Source: an uncultured Candidatus Saccharibacteria bacterium (lineage in GTDB: Bacteria > Patescibacteriota > Saccharimonadia > Saccharimonadales > Saccharimonadaceae). From it: a stretch of 57,239 nucleotides of DNA. The translations under genes and the position numbers were made by a program. The stretch's first letter is position 1; each line of letters begins with the position of its first letter. This document shows, piece by piece, positions 21,472 through 30,597 of the stretch. The notes below the pieces were generated by a model. That model was not told the origin of the DNA and did not search any database. It saw only the letters and a list, made by a program, of their open reading frames with translations. Location of the stretch: assembly GCA_963541395.1 (NCBI GenBank), contig CAUTSQ010000001.1:1-57239 (forward strand), read 5' to 3'.

Positions 21472-23070
21472 CTATACCTGCGGCAAAACATCGCCGTTGA
21501 CACTAGCGGTAAGCGATCGCAGATTGTCGCCGACTTTGACGCCTGGATTCATAATACCGAGCGGATCAAAAACTTTTTTGATAGCCGCGTACATCTCGCG
21601 AGTGCGAACGTCAAGGTGTTTATACGCGAAATGCGCTGCGATCCGACCCTCGGCTGCTTGGCCAATGAGCGCGCCGTCATACTTAACAGCCAAATTAGAC
21701 AATTCATCAAAAATCTTGAATAATTTTTGCTTGTCTCCAACTTGACGCAGCGACAGTACCGGATGAACCGTGTAAGTTTCGGTTAGCACGTGCCCAGAAA
21801 TAGGCATATTACAATGCAGACGACCAGCCAAAACTGTTAATGCTTTGGTAAATTCATCGAAACGCGCAGCTGGAATATAAATATCACTATACAAATGCGG
21901 CGCAAAAGCTGGGTTTTTGTCAGGCAATTCGGCATAGCGAGCAATATTAAGTGCTGATAATAGCGCGTCATCGTCCGTGTCTTCGCTAGAAACTAATTTG
22001 ACTCCCTCGGTGTTGCTGAATGTCTTCTGGATTTTTTTGAGGTTACGAGCGCGAGTACGAGCATTGAAATCGTCAAATCCGGCGATAATAACCGCCTGCG
22101 GGTCGGCTCCGTCCAAGCCAAACCAGTCAAAGTGCCGGCCGGCAGCAGCGGCAGCGCTAAATAGCTGAGCGTCAAAATACTCGGCAAAAGCTGCGCCGCT
22201 ATCACGCAGTATGCGCATAGCGTCATTAGCTACGCTAGCTGAAGCAAATACTAGCGCAAAAACCTCGTTGCTCTGGCTACGAAATTCGGTGCGCAAAATC
22301 ATCTCGCTGATAATACCTAGTGTACCCTGCGCACCGATGAATAGCGGTGTCAAGTCGAACTGATTTCCTCTCTTGACAGAGGCTATAGAGCTATAGCCAG
22401 ACTTATCATATTCTGGCAGAGCAGTAATCACGTCGTGGTATTCGTCAATGATTGCGTCAATGCCGCGGTAAATATCGCCCTCTAGATTCTGCAAACCTTT
22501 CTTGCGGCTAAGTTCGCGCCGGCCAAGCGGGCCTGTCTGCAAAATATCGCCATTTGCCAAAACGATCTCGAGCTGGCTGACAAAGGCGCTCGAGTCGCCG
22601 TATTTACCGCTAGCCAGTCCAGCCAGATTGTCGGCGATAGCTCCGCCAACTGTTCGACGCGCATCTAGGCCGTCGAGCGGCGGGATGTTAACGCCCTGCA
22701 GGCTTAGCGCTTGGCGCAGGGTTCCAATGGTTGTGCCAGGCTGCAAGCGAACTAACCGCTGCTTGGCATCGTATTCAAAAACATTATTCATGTGCCGCGA
22801 CATATCGGCTATCGTTCCGCGGCCAATTGCACCGCCTGTAGTTCCGCGGCCTGAACCGCGGGCAGTTATTGCCTGAACATGCCCGCGTTCAGCCAACTGC
22901 CATGATAAACGCGCCGTTTTGCGGATGTCGTCGGTGTTGCGCGGCGCAACGATCATCTCTGGCGCTAGACTCAATACTCCAGCATCGTTAATATAAGCCT
23001 GCCGTACATCGGGCCGGAAGTCAATCTCTCCTAGCAAATGTCCGCGTAGGTAATTAGCAATTTTGCTCAT
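21472..23070 (-). CDS. FAD-binding oxidoreductase (GlcD/D-lactate dehydrogenase-like)
   Basis: ARGSGRGTTGG, TVGGAIADN, GAQGTLGIISE, C-terminal FDPLGIMNPG. Confidence 0.85.
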   Translation of the reverse strand: MSKIANYLRGHLLGEIDFRPDVRQAYINDAGVLSLAPEMIVAPRNTDDIRKTARLSWQLAERGHVQAITARGSGRGTTGGAIGRGTIADMSRHMNNVFEYDAKQRLVRLQPGTTIGTLRQALSLQGVNIPPLDGLDARRTVGGAIADNLAGLASGKYGDSSAFVSQLEIVLANGDILQTGPLGRRELSRKKGLQNLEGDIYRGIDAIIDEYHDVITALPEYDKSGYSSIASVKRGNQFDLTPLFIGAQGTLGIISEMILRTEFRSQSNEVFALVFASASVANDAMRILRDSGAAFAEYFDAQLFSAAAAAGRHFDWFGLDGADPQAVIIAGFDDFNARTRARNLKKIQKTFSNTEGVKLVSSEDTDDDALLSALNIARYAELPDKNPAFAPHLYSDIYIPAARFDEFTKALTVLAGRLHCNMPISGHVLTETYTVHPVLSLRQVGDKQKLFKIFDELSNLAVKYDGALIGQAAEGRIAAHFAYKHLDVRTREMYAAIKKVFDPLGIMNPGVKVGDNLRSLTASVNGDVLPQV

Positions 23071-23216
23071 ACACCCTCATCTTCATATAAATCTATTTTA
23101 GCATAAGCTGCAGCAATTTTTCGCGAATTTGTTAGAAGTTTGCTATAATTATTTGTGCAAGCAAAATACGTGCGATTTGCACGACAGCGGTGTGCCGCTA
23201 GAGCTTGCAAACGCTC

Positions 23217-23301
23217 GCGGATGTGGTGGAATTGGTAGACACGCATGCCTTAGGAGCATGTGCTTTCGAGCGTGAAGGTTCAAGTCCTTTCATCCGCACC
23301 A
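23217..23301 (+). tRNA. tRNA-Leu(TAG)
   Basis: GCGGATG/CATCCGC acceptor stem, catgc-CTTAGGA-gcatg anticodon arm, GGTTCAAGTCC, CCA. Confidence 0.96.
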
Positions 23302-23381
23302 ATGAGATTCGATACACACTCTGAGGAAAATACGCATAAAAAATAACCCGTATATCGCGGGCTATTTTAATTCCCCAAAAA

Positions 23382-23945
23382 TCACGAATCACACGATTCT
23401 CGGCGGAAAGAGGTGAGATAAGCATTTCCATAACTACGATTGTCCACCACAACAATTTCGTTTCCCAGATTTGGTTCCTCACCTCTTCCTGGATGTGATA
23501 ATACCATAAGCCCGCCCGGTTTGAGAAGCCCAAAAAGTTTGCTGACTGTGGAAAACTGCGGATTTTTGTATGGCGGATCGGCAAAGATTATGTCATACTT
23601 GCCTGCGCCGCCAGACTCAATCCACGAATTGACAGGGGCGCTAATAATTTTTGCTTCATTTTGAACGCCTAGCGAGGACACATTATTGCTTAAGATTTTT
23701 TGAGCAATTTTATCGCGTTCGATGAACGTTACGCGGGCAGCACCGCGGCTGAGAGCTTCGAGGCCAACCGCGCCAGTACCAGCAAAAGCGTCTAAAACCT
23801 GTGCGCCGTTAATCTCGTTGCCAATGCTATTAAACATAGCGTTGCGAATCCGCTCGCCCATCGGCTTGGTGCGAGTGTTGCTCTCTCTAGGCGCATCTAG
23901 TAGCCGCCCGCCGAAACGCCCGGCGATTACTCGGATCGAGCTCAT
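23382..23945 (-). CDS. rsmD: 16S rRNA m2G966 methyltransferase
   Basis: IRVIAG, LDAFAGTGAVGLEALSRGA, DPPY; ATGA overlap with the upstream gene. Confidence 0.93.
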   Translation of the reverse strand: MSSIRVIAGRFGGRLLDAPRESNTRTKPMGERIRNAMFNSIGNEINGAQVLDAFAGTGAVGLEALSRGAARVTFIERDKIAQKILSNNVSSLGVQNEAKIISAPVNSWIESGGAGKYDIIFADPPYKNPQFSTVSKLFGLLKPGGLMVLSHPGRGEEPNLGNEIVVVDNRSYGNAYLTSFRRESCDS

Positions 23946-24748
23946 TGGTGCGCCTCGCGGTAGGCGCGGTACCAAAAATACGTGATGACATTAGCAATTA
24001 GCGGGATCAGCGTTTGCCGCGTCTGTTGCGCTAGATGAGTCGTCCAGCCGCGCTTCCAGAATTCCTCGTACATGCCTAGCGCGTAAACTTGCTGCACTGC
24101 ATCGAGAAATACCGTCTGCAAATCCTTATCATCTGCTAGTTTGAGCCAGATTGAATTTGGCGCCGAATCGGGAAACTTGGTCGTCTTGATGCTGGTCGCT
24201 ACGCCTAGCTCAAATAACACATGCGTCGCAAACACACCCTTGGCACCCCAATACTCCCAGTTTTTACTAAGAGTCTCGCGCATGGTCGAGCCTCTGATGA
24301 TGCCTTTTTCGGCGATCGACGCCCGCTCGTTTTGAGGCCGCCCCCATAGCTCCTCGATCTTTTCGCCTAGCGGATAATGATGAGCTGGCGTTAGACCGTC
24401 GGTAATGGCATGAGCCATCCAAGCCGCCTCAAAGGCTGCCCGCACATTATTACGCTTCTTAAGCGCCTGCACCAAATTGGTATAATGATCCATAATCATC
24501 TCGACTAGCGCCGTATCGCTGGGGTCGCTGGGGTCGATAAAATGCCACGGCTCATCGACGCCTGGACTTTTGCGCTTGATGCCGTCGGGGCCGTTGTTGC
24601 CTTCGAAATGCAAAATATCCTTGGCAGAAGGAAAACCGCGGCCAACCCTTGATATTTTGCGCAAATCGCGGCGAGCAATCCGGTCGATTTTCTGGTGCAC
24701 GCCGATAAAATTACCCGAATGCGAACGAAATGTTGTCCCGCTGTACAT
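23942..24748 (-). CDS. Zn-dependent phospholipase C / S1-P1 nuclease-like protein
   Basis: N-terminal His, GPDG, WHF, AHAITDGLTPAHH and HVLFE ligand pattern. Confidence 0.55.
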   Translation of the reverse strand: MYSGTTFRSHSGNFIGVHQKIDRIARRDLRKISRVGRGFPSAKDILHFEGNNGPDGIKRKSPGVDEPWHFIDPSDPSDTALVEMIMDHYTNLVQALKKRNNVRAAFEAAWMAHAITDGLTPAHHYPLGEKIEELWGRPQNERASIAEKGIIRGSTMRETLSKNWEYWGAKGVFATHVLFELGVATSIKTTKFPDSAPNSIWLKLADDKDLQTVFLDAVQQVYALGMYEEFWKRGWTTHLAQQTRQTLIPLIANVITYFWYRAYREAHQ

Positions 24749-24900
24749 GAATTGTATTATAGCACGCCGTTTGGCAGCGGCTCGGCAAAAGGCAAAAGAC
24801 AGATAGGACTTGCCAAAACATAAGCATTGTGCTATATACTCGGTTTTAAGTTACAGAGAGCCTACAGATACAAAACATCAGCATTCCTCGGAGGTTAAGT

Positions 24901-25104
24901 ATGCGAAACAGCAAAACCAGCAAACAAACTATAGTCATATCGATTATCGCCGTATTGACAATTATCAATACGATTCTGATAGCTGTAATATTTTTTATTC
25001 AGAGCAACAAGTTTTGGTCTACTGACTACATAACCGAAAATCACACGAGGCGCATAATCAATCTAGAAAAAACAATTAAAAAACTCGAAAATAATTCTAA
25101 TTAA
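24901..25104 (+). CDS. Small single-pass membrane protein
   Basis: TTGCCA-17-TATATA promoter, GGAGG SD, one TM helix plus short coiled coil; overlaps the recG stop. Confidence 0.6.
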   Translation: MRNSKTSKQTIVISIIAVLTIINTILIAVIFFIQSNKFWSTDYITENHTRRIINLEKTIKKLENNSN

Positions 25105-27301
25105 GCGTCGTCACCCGCTGGTTGTGGCGGACGCGTGCTTCTAGCGCTGGATATTTCGATAAACTTTCGCCGCTATCGATGAAGCGTATGGCGGCTTTCT
25201 GAGCGCGAGCAATCAGCTGCGTGTCGGCTAGCGTGGCAATCTGCAGATTAAGCGCGCCGTGCTGCATGCGTCCGTAAATCTCGCCAGGGCCGCGCAAGCT
25301 CATATCGACCTCTGCTAGATGGAAACCGTCGCTGGATTTTTCTATTTCCCGCAAACGCTGCGACGGTTTGTTATTCGTACTCATCATCAAATAGCAGAAG
25401 CTTTGGTGCTGACCGCGGCCGACCCGCCCGCGCAGCTGGTGCAATTGCGCTAAGCCAAATTGGTCGGCGTCCTCGATCATCATAATTGTAGCGTTTGGCA
25501 CGTCGACACCAACTTCGATGACGGTAGTGCTAACCAAGATATCGTATTTTTGATCTTTGAAAGCTTGCATGATTTGATCTTTTTCGCTAGCAGTCATCTT
25601 GCCGTGCAGCATAGCGATGCGGCGGTGGCCAAAAATGCTATTTTTGAGTCGCTTGTATTCGGCTTCGACGCTTTTGCGGTCGCTAGAATCGCTATCGGCA
25701 ATCAAGCTGCAAACTACGTAAGCCTGGCGGCCCTGAGCAATTTGCTGGTCGATAGCAGTATAAGCAGCCTCGCGCGAGGGCGGCGAAATAATCTTAGTAA
25801 GAATCGGCCGCCGGCCGCGCGGCTGCTCGTCGAGGACGCTGACGTCTAGCTCGCCGTAAACAGTTAACGCTAAGCTGCGCGGAATCGGCGTAGCAGTCAT
25901 CGCTAAGAGGTGCGGCATAGCGGCAGTTATCGATGTTTTTTTTGCGTTTAGCGGGGCGCTCGATATACTTTCCTCACCTCCGTGTCTCGCTCGCGAGCCT
26001 GGGGCTGCGCGCCCGGTCTCTCGAGACGAGCCAGCGGCAATCGTCATAGGTTCAGAAAGTGTATCAAGCGCCCCCGACCCCACTTTCTCGTCCTTAACCT
26101 TCATCAGCAGCCTCTGCCGCTGCTCTACGCCGAAGCGATGCTGCTCATCGATAATCACGAAGCCCAAGCGGTGAAACTCTACTTTATCCTGAATAAGCGC
26201 GTGCGTGCCGACGACCACATCAACCGCGCCGCTTGCAATTTGCTGGTAGAGCGTTTGGCAGGCTTTACCCTTGACGCTGCCGATCAGCAACCCGACCGTC
26301 ACGCCGAACGGCTCGAGCAGCTTAGCCAGCGTCTGGGCGTGCTGCCGCGCCAGAATCTCGGTCGGCGCCATAAACGCCGTCTGATAACCAGCGCTCGCCG
26401 CCTGCCGCGCTGCCAATCCGGCCACCACTGTCTTGCCGCTACCAACGTCGCCTTGCAGCAAGCGATTCATCGGCCTAGCATTTTCGAAATCTTGCAAGAT
26501 GTCCCAGGCAGCGCGGCGCTGGGCGTTGGTTAGCGCGAACGGTAATTTCTTGACAAAATCCTGCACGACAGAATTTTCAAACGGAATAGCAAAGCCAGCC
26601 AGCTTCTGGTTGTCAATTTTGTTGAGCTGGCTAGCCAAAACTAGCTCAAATAGCTCTTCGAAGGCTAAGCGCTGACGAGCCTGCTCAACTTCCCTTTCGT
26701 TGCGCGGAAAATGCATCGCCGAAATTGCCGCCGCGCGGTCGAGCAACTTCTCGTTCTTGACGACGCTTGGCGGCAGAGTCTCGGGCAAAACGCTCATCAG
26801 CGGGCGCAATTGCTCGATAACTTTGCGTACTGTTTGCGATTTTAGCCCGCGCACCGCATGGTAAACCGGCAGCAGCCGATCGGCTTGTACTGGCAGCTCC
26901 TTGGCGAGCTCGGCCGTCGGATTGGTTAGCTGGTAGCGGCCGTAGTTATACTCGAACTCGCCGCTAAAATAAAACCACTCGTCGCTGCCGCCCAGCTGCT
27001 GCGCTCGGTACGGCTGATTGAACCAAACCGCGTTGAGCTTGCTGGTATCGTCAGCCAGTACCGCTGTCGTCAAGCGCAAACCGCGGCGGACTGGCCGAGT
27101 GCTGATTTGCTGGCAGCGGGCGCGAATTGTTACTTTGCCAGGGCGCAGCTCGGCAATCGGTGTCACGTTGGTGAAATCCTCGTGCTTGCGTGGCAAAAAC
27201 AGCAAAATATCGCTAACCGTTTCGAGCCCCGCCCGCCGCAGCTCGGCTGCGGTTTTCGGGCCGACACCTTTGATTTGGTAGAGGCTAGTTGCGAGATTCA
27301 T
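25097..27301 (-). CDS. recG: ATP-dependent DNA helicase RecG
   Basis: LLQGDVGSGKT, DEQHRFG, MTATPIPRSL, QLRGRVGRG, RGPGE. Confidence 0.97.
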   Translation of the reverse strand: MNLATSLYQIKGVGPKTAAELRRAGLETVSDILLFLPRKHEDFTNVTPIAELRPGKVTIRARCQQISTRPVRRGLRLTTAVLADDTSKLNAVWFNQPYRAQQLGGSDEWFYFSGEFEYNYGRYQLTNPTAELAKELPVQADRLLPVYHAVRGLKSQTVRKVIEQLRPLMSVLPETLPPSVVKNEKLLDRAAAISAMHFPRNEREVEQARQRLAFEELFELVLASQLNKIDNQKLAGFAIPFENSVVQDFVKKLPFALTNAQRRAAWDILQDFENARPMNRLLQGDVGSGKTVVAGLAARQAASAGYQTAFMAPTEILARQHAQTLAKLLEPFGVTVGLLIGSVKGKACQTLYQQIASGAVDVVVGTHALIQDKVEFHRLGFVIIDEQHRFGVEQRQRLLMKVKDEKVGSGALDTLSEPMTIAAGSSRETGRAAPGSRARHGGEESISSAPLNAKKTSITAAMPHLLAMTATPIPRSLALTVYGELDVSVLDEQPRGRRPILTKIISPPSREAAYTAIDQQIAQGRQAYVVCSLIADSDSSDRKSVEAEYKRLKNSIFGHRRIAMLHGKMTASEKDQIMQAFKDQKYDILVSTTVIEVGVDVPNATIMMIEDADQFGLAQLHQLRGRVGRGQHQSFCYLMMSTNNKPSQRLREIEKSSDGFHLAEVDMSLRGPGEIYGRMQHGALNLQIATLADTQLIARAQKAAIRFIDSGESLSKYPALEARVRHNQRVTTLN
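25953..26074. repeat. Palindromic element inserted in frame in recG
   Basis: Arms ggggcgctcgatatactttc (25953-25972) and gaaagtgtatcaagcgcccc (26055-26074), 18/20 complementary; coincides with an extra ~55 aa between motifs II and III. Confidence 0.75.
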
Positions 27302-27323
27302 AAGTTTATTGTACTAGTTTTCA

Positions 27324-27807
27324 GGGAAATTGCGAAAAAGTATTGACAATTTCATCACTCTATGCTATATTAATACTAGCTTTTCGCTCAAGGTTAAGTA
27401 AAAGGGCGGAAAGTCGCCCTTTGCCTTGAGCATGATTTCTAGGAGGAATCATGAGCGCCACATTCGCTATCGTCTCAGCTTCTCTCATCACCGTCGTCGT
27501 TTGTGCGGCGACGTGCGCACTGATGATTCCGTCAGCCCAGACCCACCGGGTCTGGGCGGCCCGGTGGGCTCAGGCCCGAGCGGCCTGGGCTCAGTCCCGG
27601 GCCAACCGGGCTCAGTCCCGGGCTCAGGTCCGAACCGCCCGGGCTCGGGCAGCTCGGAGGGAGGTCTTCAAGGGCTAACAGCCCGCCAGAAAATAGCTCG
27701 CCGAATTGGTTCAACACTGGTTGAGACACTTAATCATTAAGTGTTTCCCGGGTTGATATAAAACCCAATTCCGGTTTGAGCCATTTCGGCGGGCTATTTT
27801 CTTTGGT
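27324..27807 (+). other. Framed expression cassette A (promoter, hairpin leader, ORF, terminator)
   Basis: Flanks shared with 46621-47119 and 54774-55410. Confidence 0.85.
27451..27678 (+). CDS. Cassette A payload: 75-aa protein, hydrophobic N-terminus and Arg/Ala-rich repeats, ends KG
   Basis: AGGAGG SD 4 nt before the ATG; GGGCTCAG repeats; ends AAG GGC TAA. Confidence 0.75.
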   Translation: MSATFAIVSASLITVVVCAATCALMIPSAQTHRVWAARWAQARAAWAQSRANRAQSRAQVRTARARAARREVFKG

Positions 27808-28072
27808 GAGGTTTTTGTTAAGTTATTTATTTTACTTTGAAATTTTATAGATTTTATGGGAAATTGCGAAAAAGCGTTGACATTCCTGTTCCAGTATGAT
27901 ATATATATCAGCTTTTGTTGACGAGTCGAGCAAATCCTTGTCCAAAAGAGTTTTTTGATAAGCGAGGCCCACCGTGCGAGATACTTGCCCGAGACTTAGT
28001 CGCGAGCAGACATCTCGCATGGTGGCACAGATGACCACCCACGTTGCGAGAGAGATCGTTCTAGGAGGAACG

Positions 28073-28345
28073 ATGGCTTATTTTGACGAGGAGGCCGCGC
28101 TTGATTTGCTCGAACGCGGTATCCGACTCGCTCAGGACAACCCTGGGGAGGTTGTCCGCGTTGAGTTCACAAAACTCAACGCGTGCGTTGATCTCTCGGT
28201 AGACTGGGATGACAGGCGGGACCCGACGTTCCTCGCCTCCCTGGCATTGTCCGCCGTTGAGGACCTTAAGCGTCATGCACGAGGTCTCGAGCCGAGGTTT
28301 GGTACTAGCGTCCACCCCCTGTGCAGTCTGGTCCTTCGGGGCTGA
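28073..28345 (+). CDS. Cassette D payload: 90-aa soluble orphan protein, ends RG
   Basis: ctAGGAGGaacgATG; promoter 27858-27916 resembles that of cassette A; GC hairpin 28359-28405. Confidence 0.7.
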   Translation: MAYFDEEAALDLLERGIRLAQDNPGEVVRVEFTKLNACVDLSVDWDDRRDPTFLASLALSAVEDLKRHARGLEPRFGTSVHPLCSLVLRG

Positions 28346-28444
28346 CCTACCGCAGTGAGCGCCGCCCCGGCGCGAGATTTTCCCCAATTTCTCGCGCCGG
28401 GGCGGCCCGCCTCGCTTATCACTTTCCCTTGATTGATTTTATCA

Positions 28445-28474
28445 AAAACACCCGGTTAGCTAGCCGGGTGTTTT
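28445..28474 (-). terminator. Terminator after tyrS-HAD genes
   Basis: aaaacacccgg...ccgggtgtttt. Confidence 0.75.
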
Positions 28475-28499
28475 GTTGGCTTGAATTTTGCTCGAAAAT

Positions 28500-29258
28500 C
28501 TATTCGGTCACGGCGATGATGCCCTCTATCGCGTAAGCCGTATCCTGCCAGCGCTCCACAGCGATGCAGTCGATGCCTAGGTTTTTGACCGGGAAGTCGT
28601 TGCCGCCTTCTTCTATTTTGTCGCCAAAGAACAAGATCTCCTCTTTGCTCACACCAGTGGCTTCCATCAACTTTTTCATGCCGTAGGCTTTATCGACGCC
28701 GATTTTGGTGATGTCGACGCTGGTGGTGCCGCCCAGGCGCACTTCGAATTCCGGCAATTTAGCAGCAACGTCGTCGCGCATTTGCTTGCGGACAACTTTG
28801 TTGGCTTCCGCCCAGGCGTATTTTTTCTCGGGCGAGGCTTGCTGGCCTAGCGCCGAATAAGTCACCTGGCTCAAGCGGTCTTCGATAATTTCGCCGTCGG
28901 GATTTGCTTCCCACAAATCAAATTTGCGCGCCGATTCTTCCAGAACCTGAGTGATTTTCTGCTTTTGTTCGTCGGTGAAATCTTCTTTATAATGCGTTTG
29001 CCACTCGCCGGCATTAATGTCAAAAGTATAATAACGCGTGCCGCACGTCGGCATCATGTGGAAGCGCGCCAGCAATTCCGGTGAAACATTCATCTGGTCG
29101 ATGACCTGCTTTTGAAATTGCTCAAATTTGCCGCCGGAAATGACGCAAACTTGATAATTTTCCAGCAATTTAGCGAGCAAACCCGCCATGCGCGGCGAAA
29201 TCGCCGATTTGCTAACCGCTAGCGTGTCGTCCAAGTCAAAACCGATAATTTTCTTCAT
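28500..29258 (-). CDS. HAD-IIB hydrolase, phosphomannomutase-like
   Basis: DLDDT, ISGG, EDR, GGTTSVDIT, FFGDK..GGND. Confidence 0.88.
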   Translation of the reverse strand: MKKIIGFDLDDTLAVSKSAISPRMAGLLAKLLENYQVCVISGGKFEQFQKQVIDQMNVSPELLARFHMMPTCGTRYYTFDINAGEWQTHYKEDFTDEQKQKITQVLEESARKFDLWEANPDGEIIEDRLSQVTYSALGQQASPEKKYAWAEANKVVRKQMRDDVAAKLPEFEVRLGGTTSVDITKIGVDKAYGMKKLMEATGVSKEEILFFGDKIEEGGNDFPVKNLGIDCIAVERWQDTAYAIEGIIAVTE

Positions 29259-29276
29259 GATTTCCTCCTATTCTGA

Positions 29277-30488
29277 TTATTTTACCAGCAAGAAGTCATT
29301 CTTGCCTCTTTTAATTAAGCTAGTTTCGGTTAGCGGCATATCGCCGGCAATCTTCGCGCCGTTGACGCTGATCGCGTTATTGTGGATCAGCCGGCGCGCT
29401 TCGCCGTTGCTAGTACATAAGCCAGCAGTGGCCAGCGCTGCCACGACCGTCGTCTCGAGATCAACCGTCGGGATTTCGTTAGCCAAAGCGTTCAAATCGT
29501 CGCTGTTAAGCGCCGCAATATCGCCGCCGCCAAACAACGCAGCCGTTACCCGCTCGACGCTTTCGCGGCGCTGGCGGCCGTGCACCAAATCAGTAACTTC
29601 GCGCGCTAAGGTTTTTTGCAAGGCGCGCTCGCCTGGATTGGCTCGATGATTGTCAATCAGCGCTTCGACGGTTTCGCGGTCGAGCAGCGTGTAGATTTTG
29701 ATAAGGTCCTCGCTGGTTTCGTCGTCGCAGTTGAGCCAGAATTGATAGAACTTGTACGGACTAGTCATCTCGGGATCGAGCCAGATGGCACCGCCCTCGG
29801 ATTTGCCGAATTTAACACCAGTTTGCTTATTGATAACCAGCGGCGCGGTCAGCACGTGCGCTTCGCTGCTCTCGAGCTTGCGAATCAGCGACACGCCAAT
29901 GATGCTATTGCCCCACTGGTCAGCGCCAGCTAGCTGCAAAGTGGCGCCTTTTTCGCGGTACAAGTGTAAAAAGTCATACCCTTGAATCAGCCCGTAGCTA
30001 AATTCGCCGTAGCTGATGCCAGCGCCGCCCTCGCCGATACGCTGCTGCACGAATTCGCGGTCGAGCAGCTGCGTCATGCTGATATGCTTGCCGATTTTGT
30101 GCAAGAAATCAATGTAATTAATCTGCGAGAACCAGTCGGCATTATCAACAATTTCAAAATCCTGGCCGCGGAAAACTTGGTGGAATTGCGCCGCCAAACC
30201 TTTGACATTACGCGCCACTGTTTCAGCATTGCGCAGGTCGCGCTCTTGCTTTTTGCCATCTGGATCGCCAATCATGCCGGTGGCGCCGCCGACTAACAGC
30301 AGCGGTTTGTAGCCGTGGTCGATAAAATGCCGGCACAACATCATCGCTGCCAAGTTGCCGATAGTCATGCTCGGCGCACTCGGATCAACGCCAAAATAGA
30401 ACGTTCGCGGCTCGTTTATATCTTTGATATCAGCGAACGTCGTCTGATTGATGAGTCCGCGCCACGTTAGTTCTTCTGCTAGCGTCAT
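29277..30488 (-). CDS. tyrS: Tyrosine-tRNA ligase
   Basis: GVDPSA, GGATGMIGDP, QGYDF, GADQWGN, KFGKS, S4-like C-terminus; start at MTLAEEL after AAAGG. Confidence 0.97.
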   Translation of the reverse strand: MTLAEELTWRGLINQTTFADIKDINEPRTFYFGVDPSAPSMTIGNLAAMMLCRHFIDHGYKPLLLVGGATGMIGDPDGKKQERDLRNAETVARNVKGLAAQFHQVFRGQDFEIVDNADWFSQINYIDFLHKIGKHISMTQLLDREFVQQRIGEGGAGISYGEFSYGLIQGYDFLHLYREKGATLQLAGADQWGNSIIGVSLIRKLESSEAHVLTAPLVINKQTGVKFGKSEGGAIWLDPEMTSPYKFYQFWLNCDDETSEDLIKIYTLLDRETVEALIDNHRANPGERALQKTLAREVTDLVHGRQRRESVERVTAALFGGGDIAALNSDDLNALANEIPTVDLETTVVAALATAGLCTSNGEARRLIHNNAISVNGAKIAGDMPLTETSLIKRGKNDFLLVK

Positions 30489-30597
30489 CTGAAACCTTTC
30501 TTTATTTAATAGTGAGATAGTAACATATTTGCAAATTATCAGCAAAAGCACTAGCCGTCGTGATGCGAACAGTGCTATAATGGTGGAAATATTGCTT

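Noticed and set aside
23198..23584. 128-aa ORF on the - strand
   Set aside because: Overlaps tRNA-Leu(TAG) and rsmD; spurious
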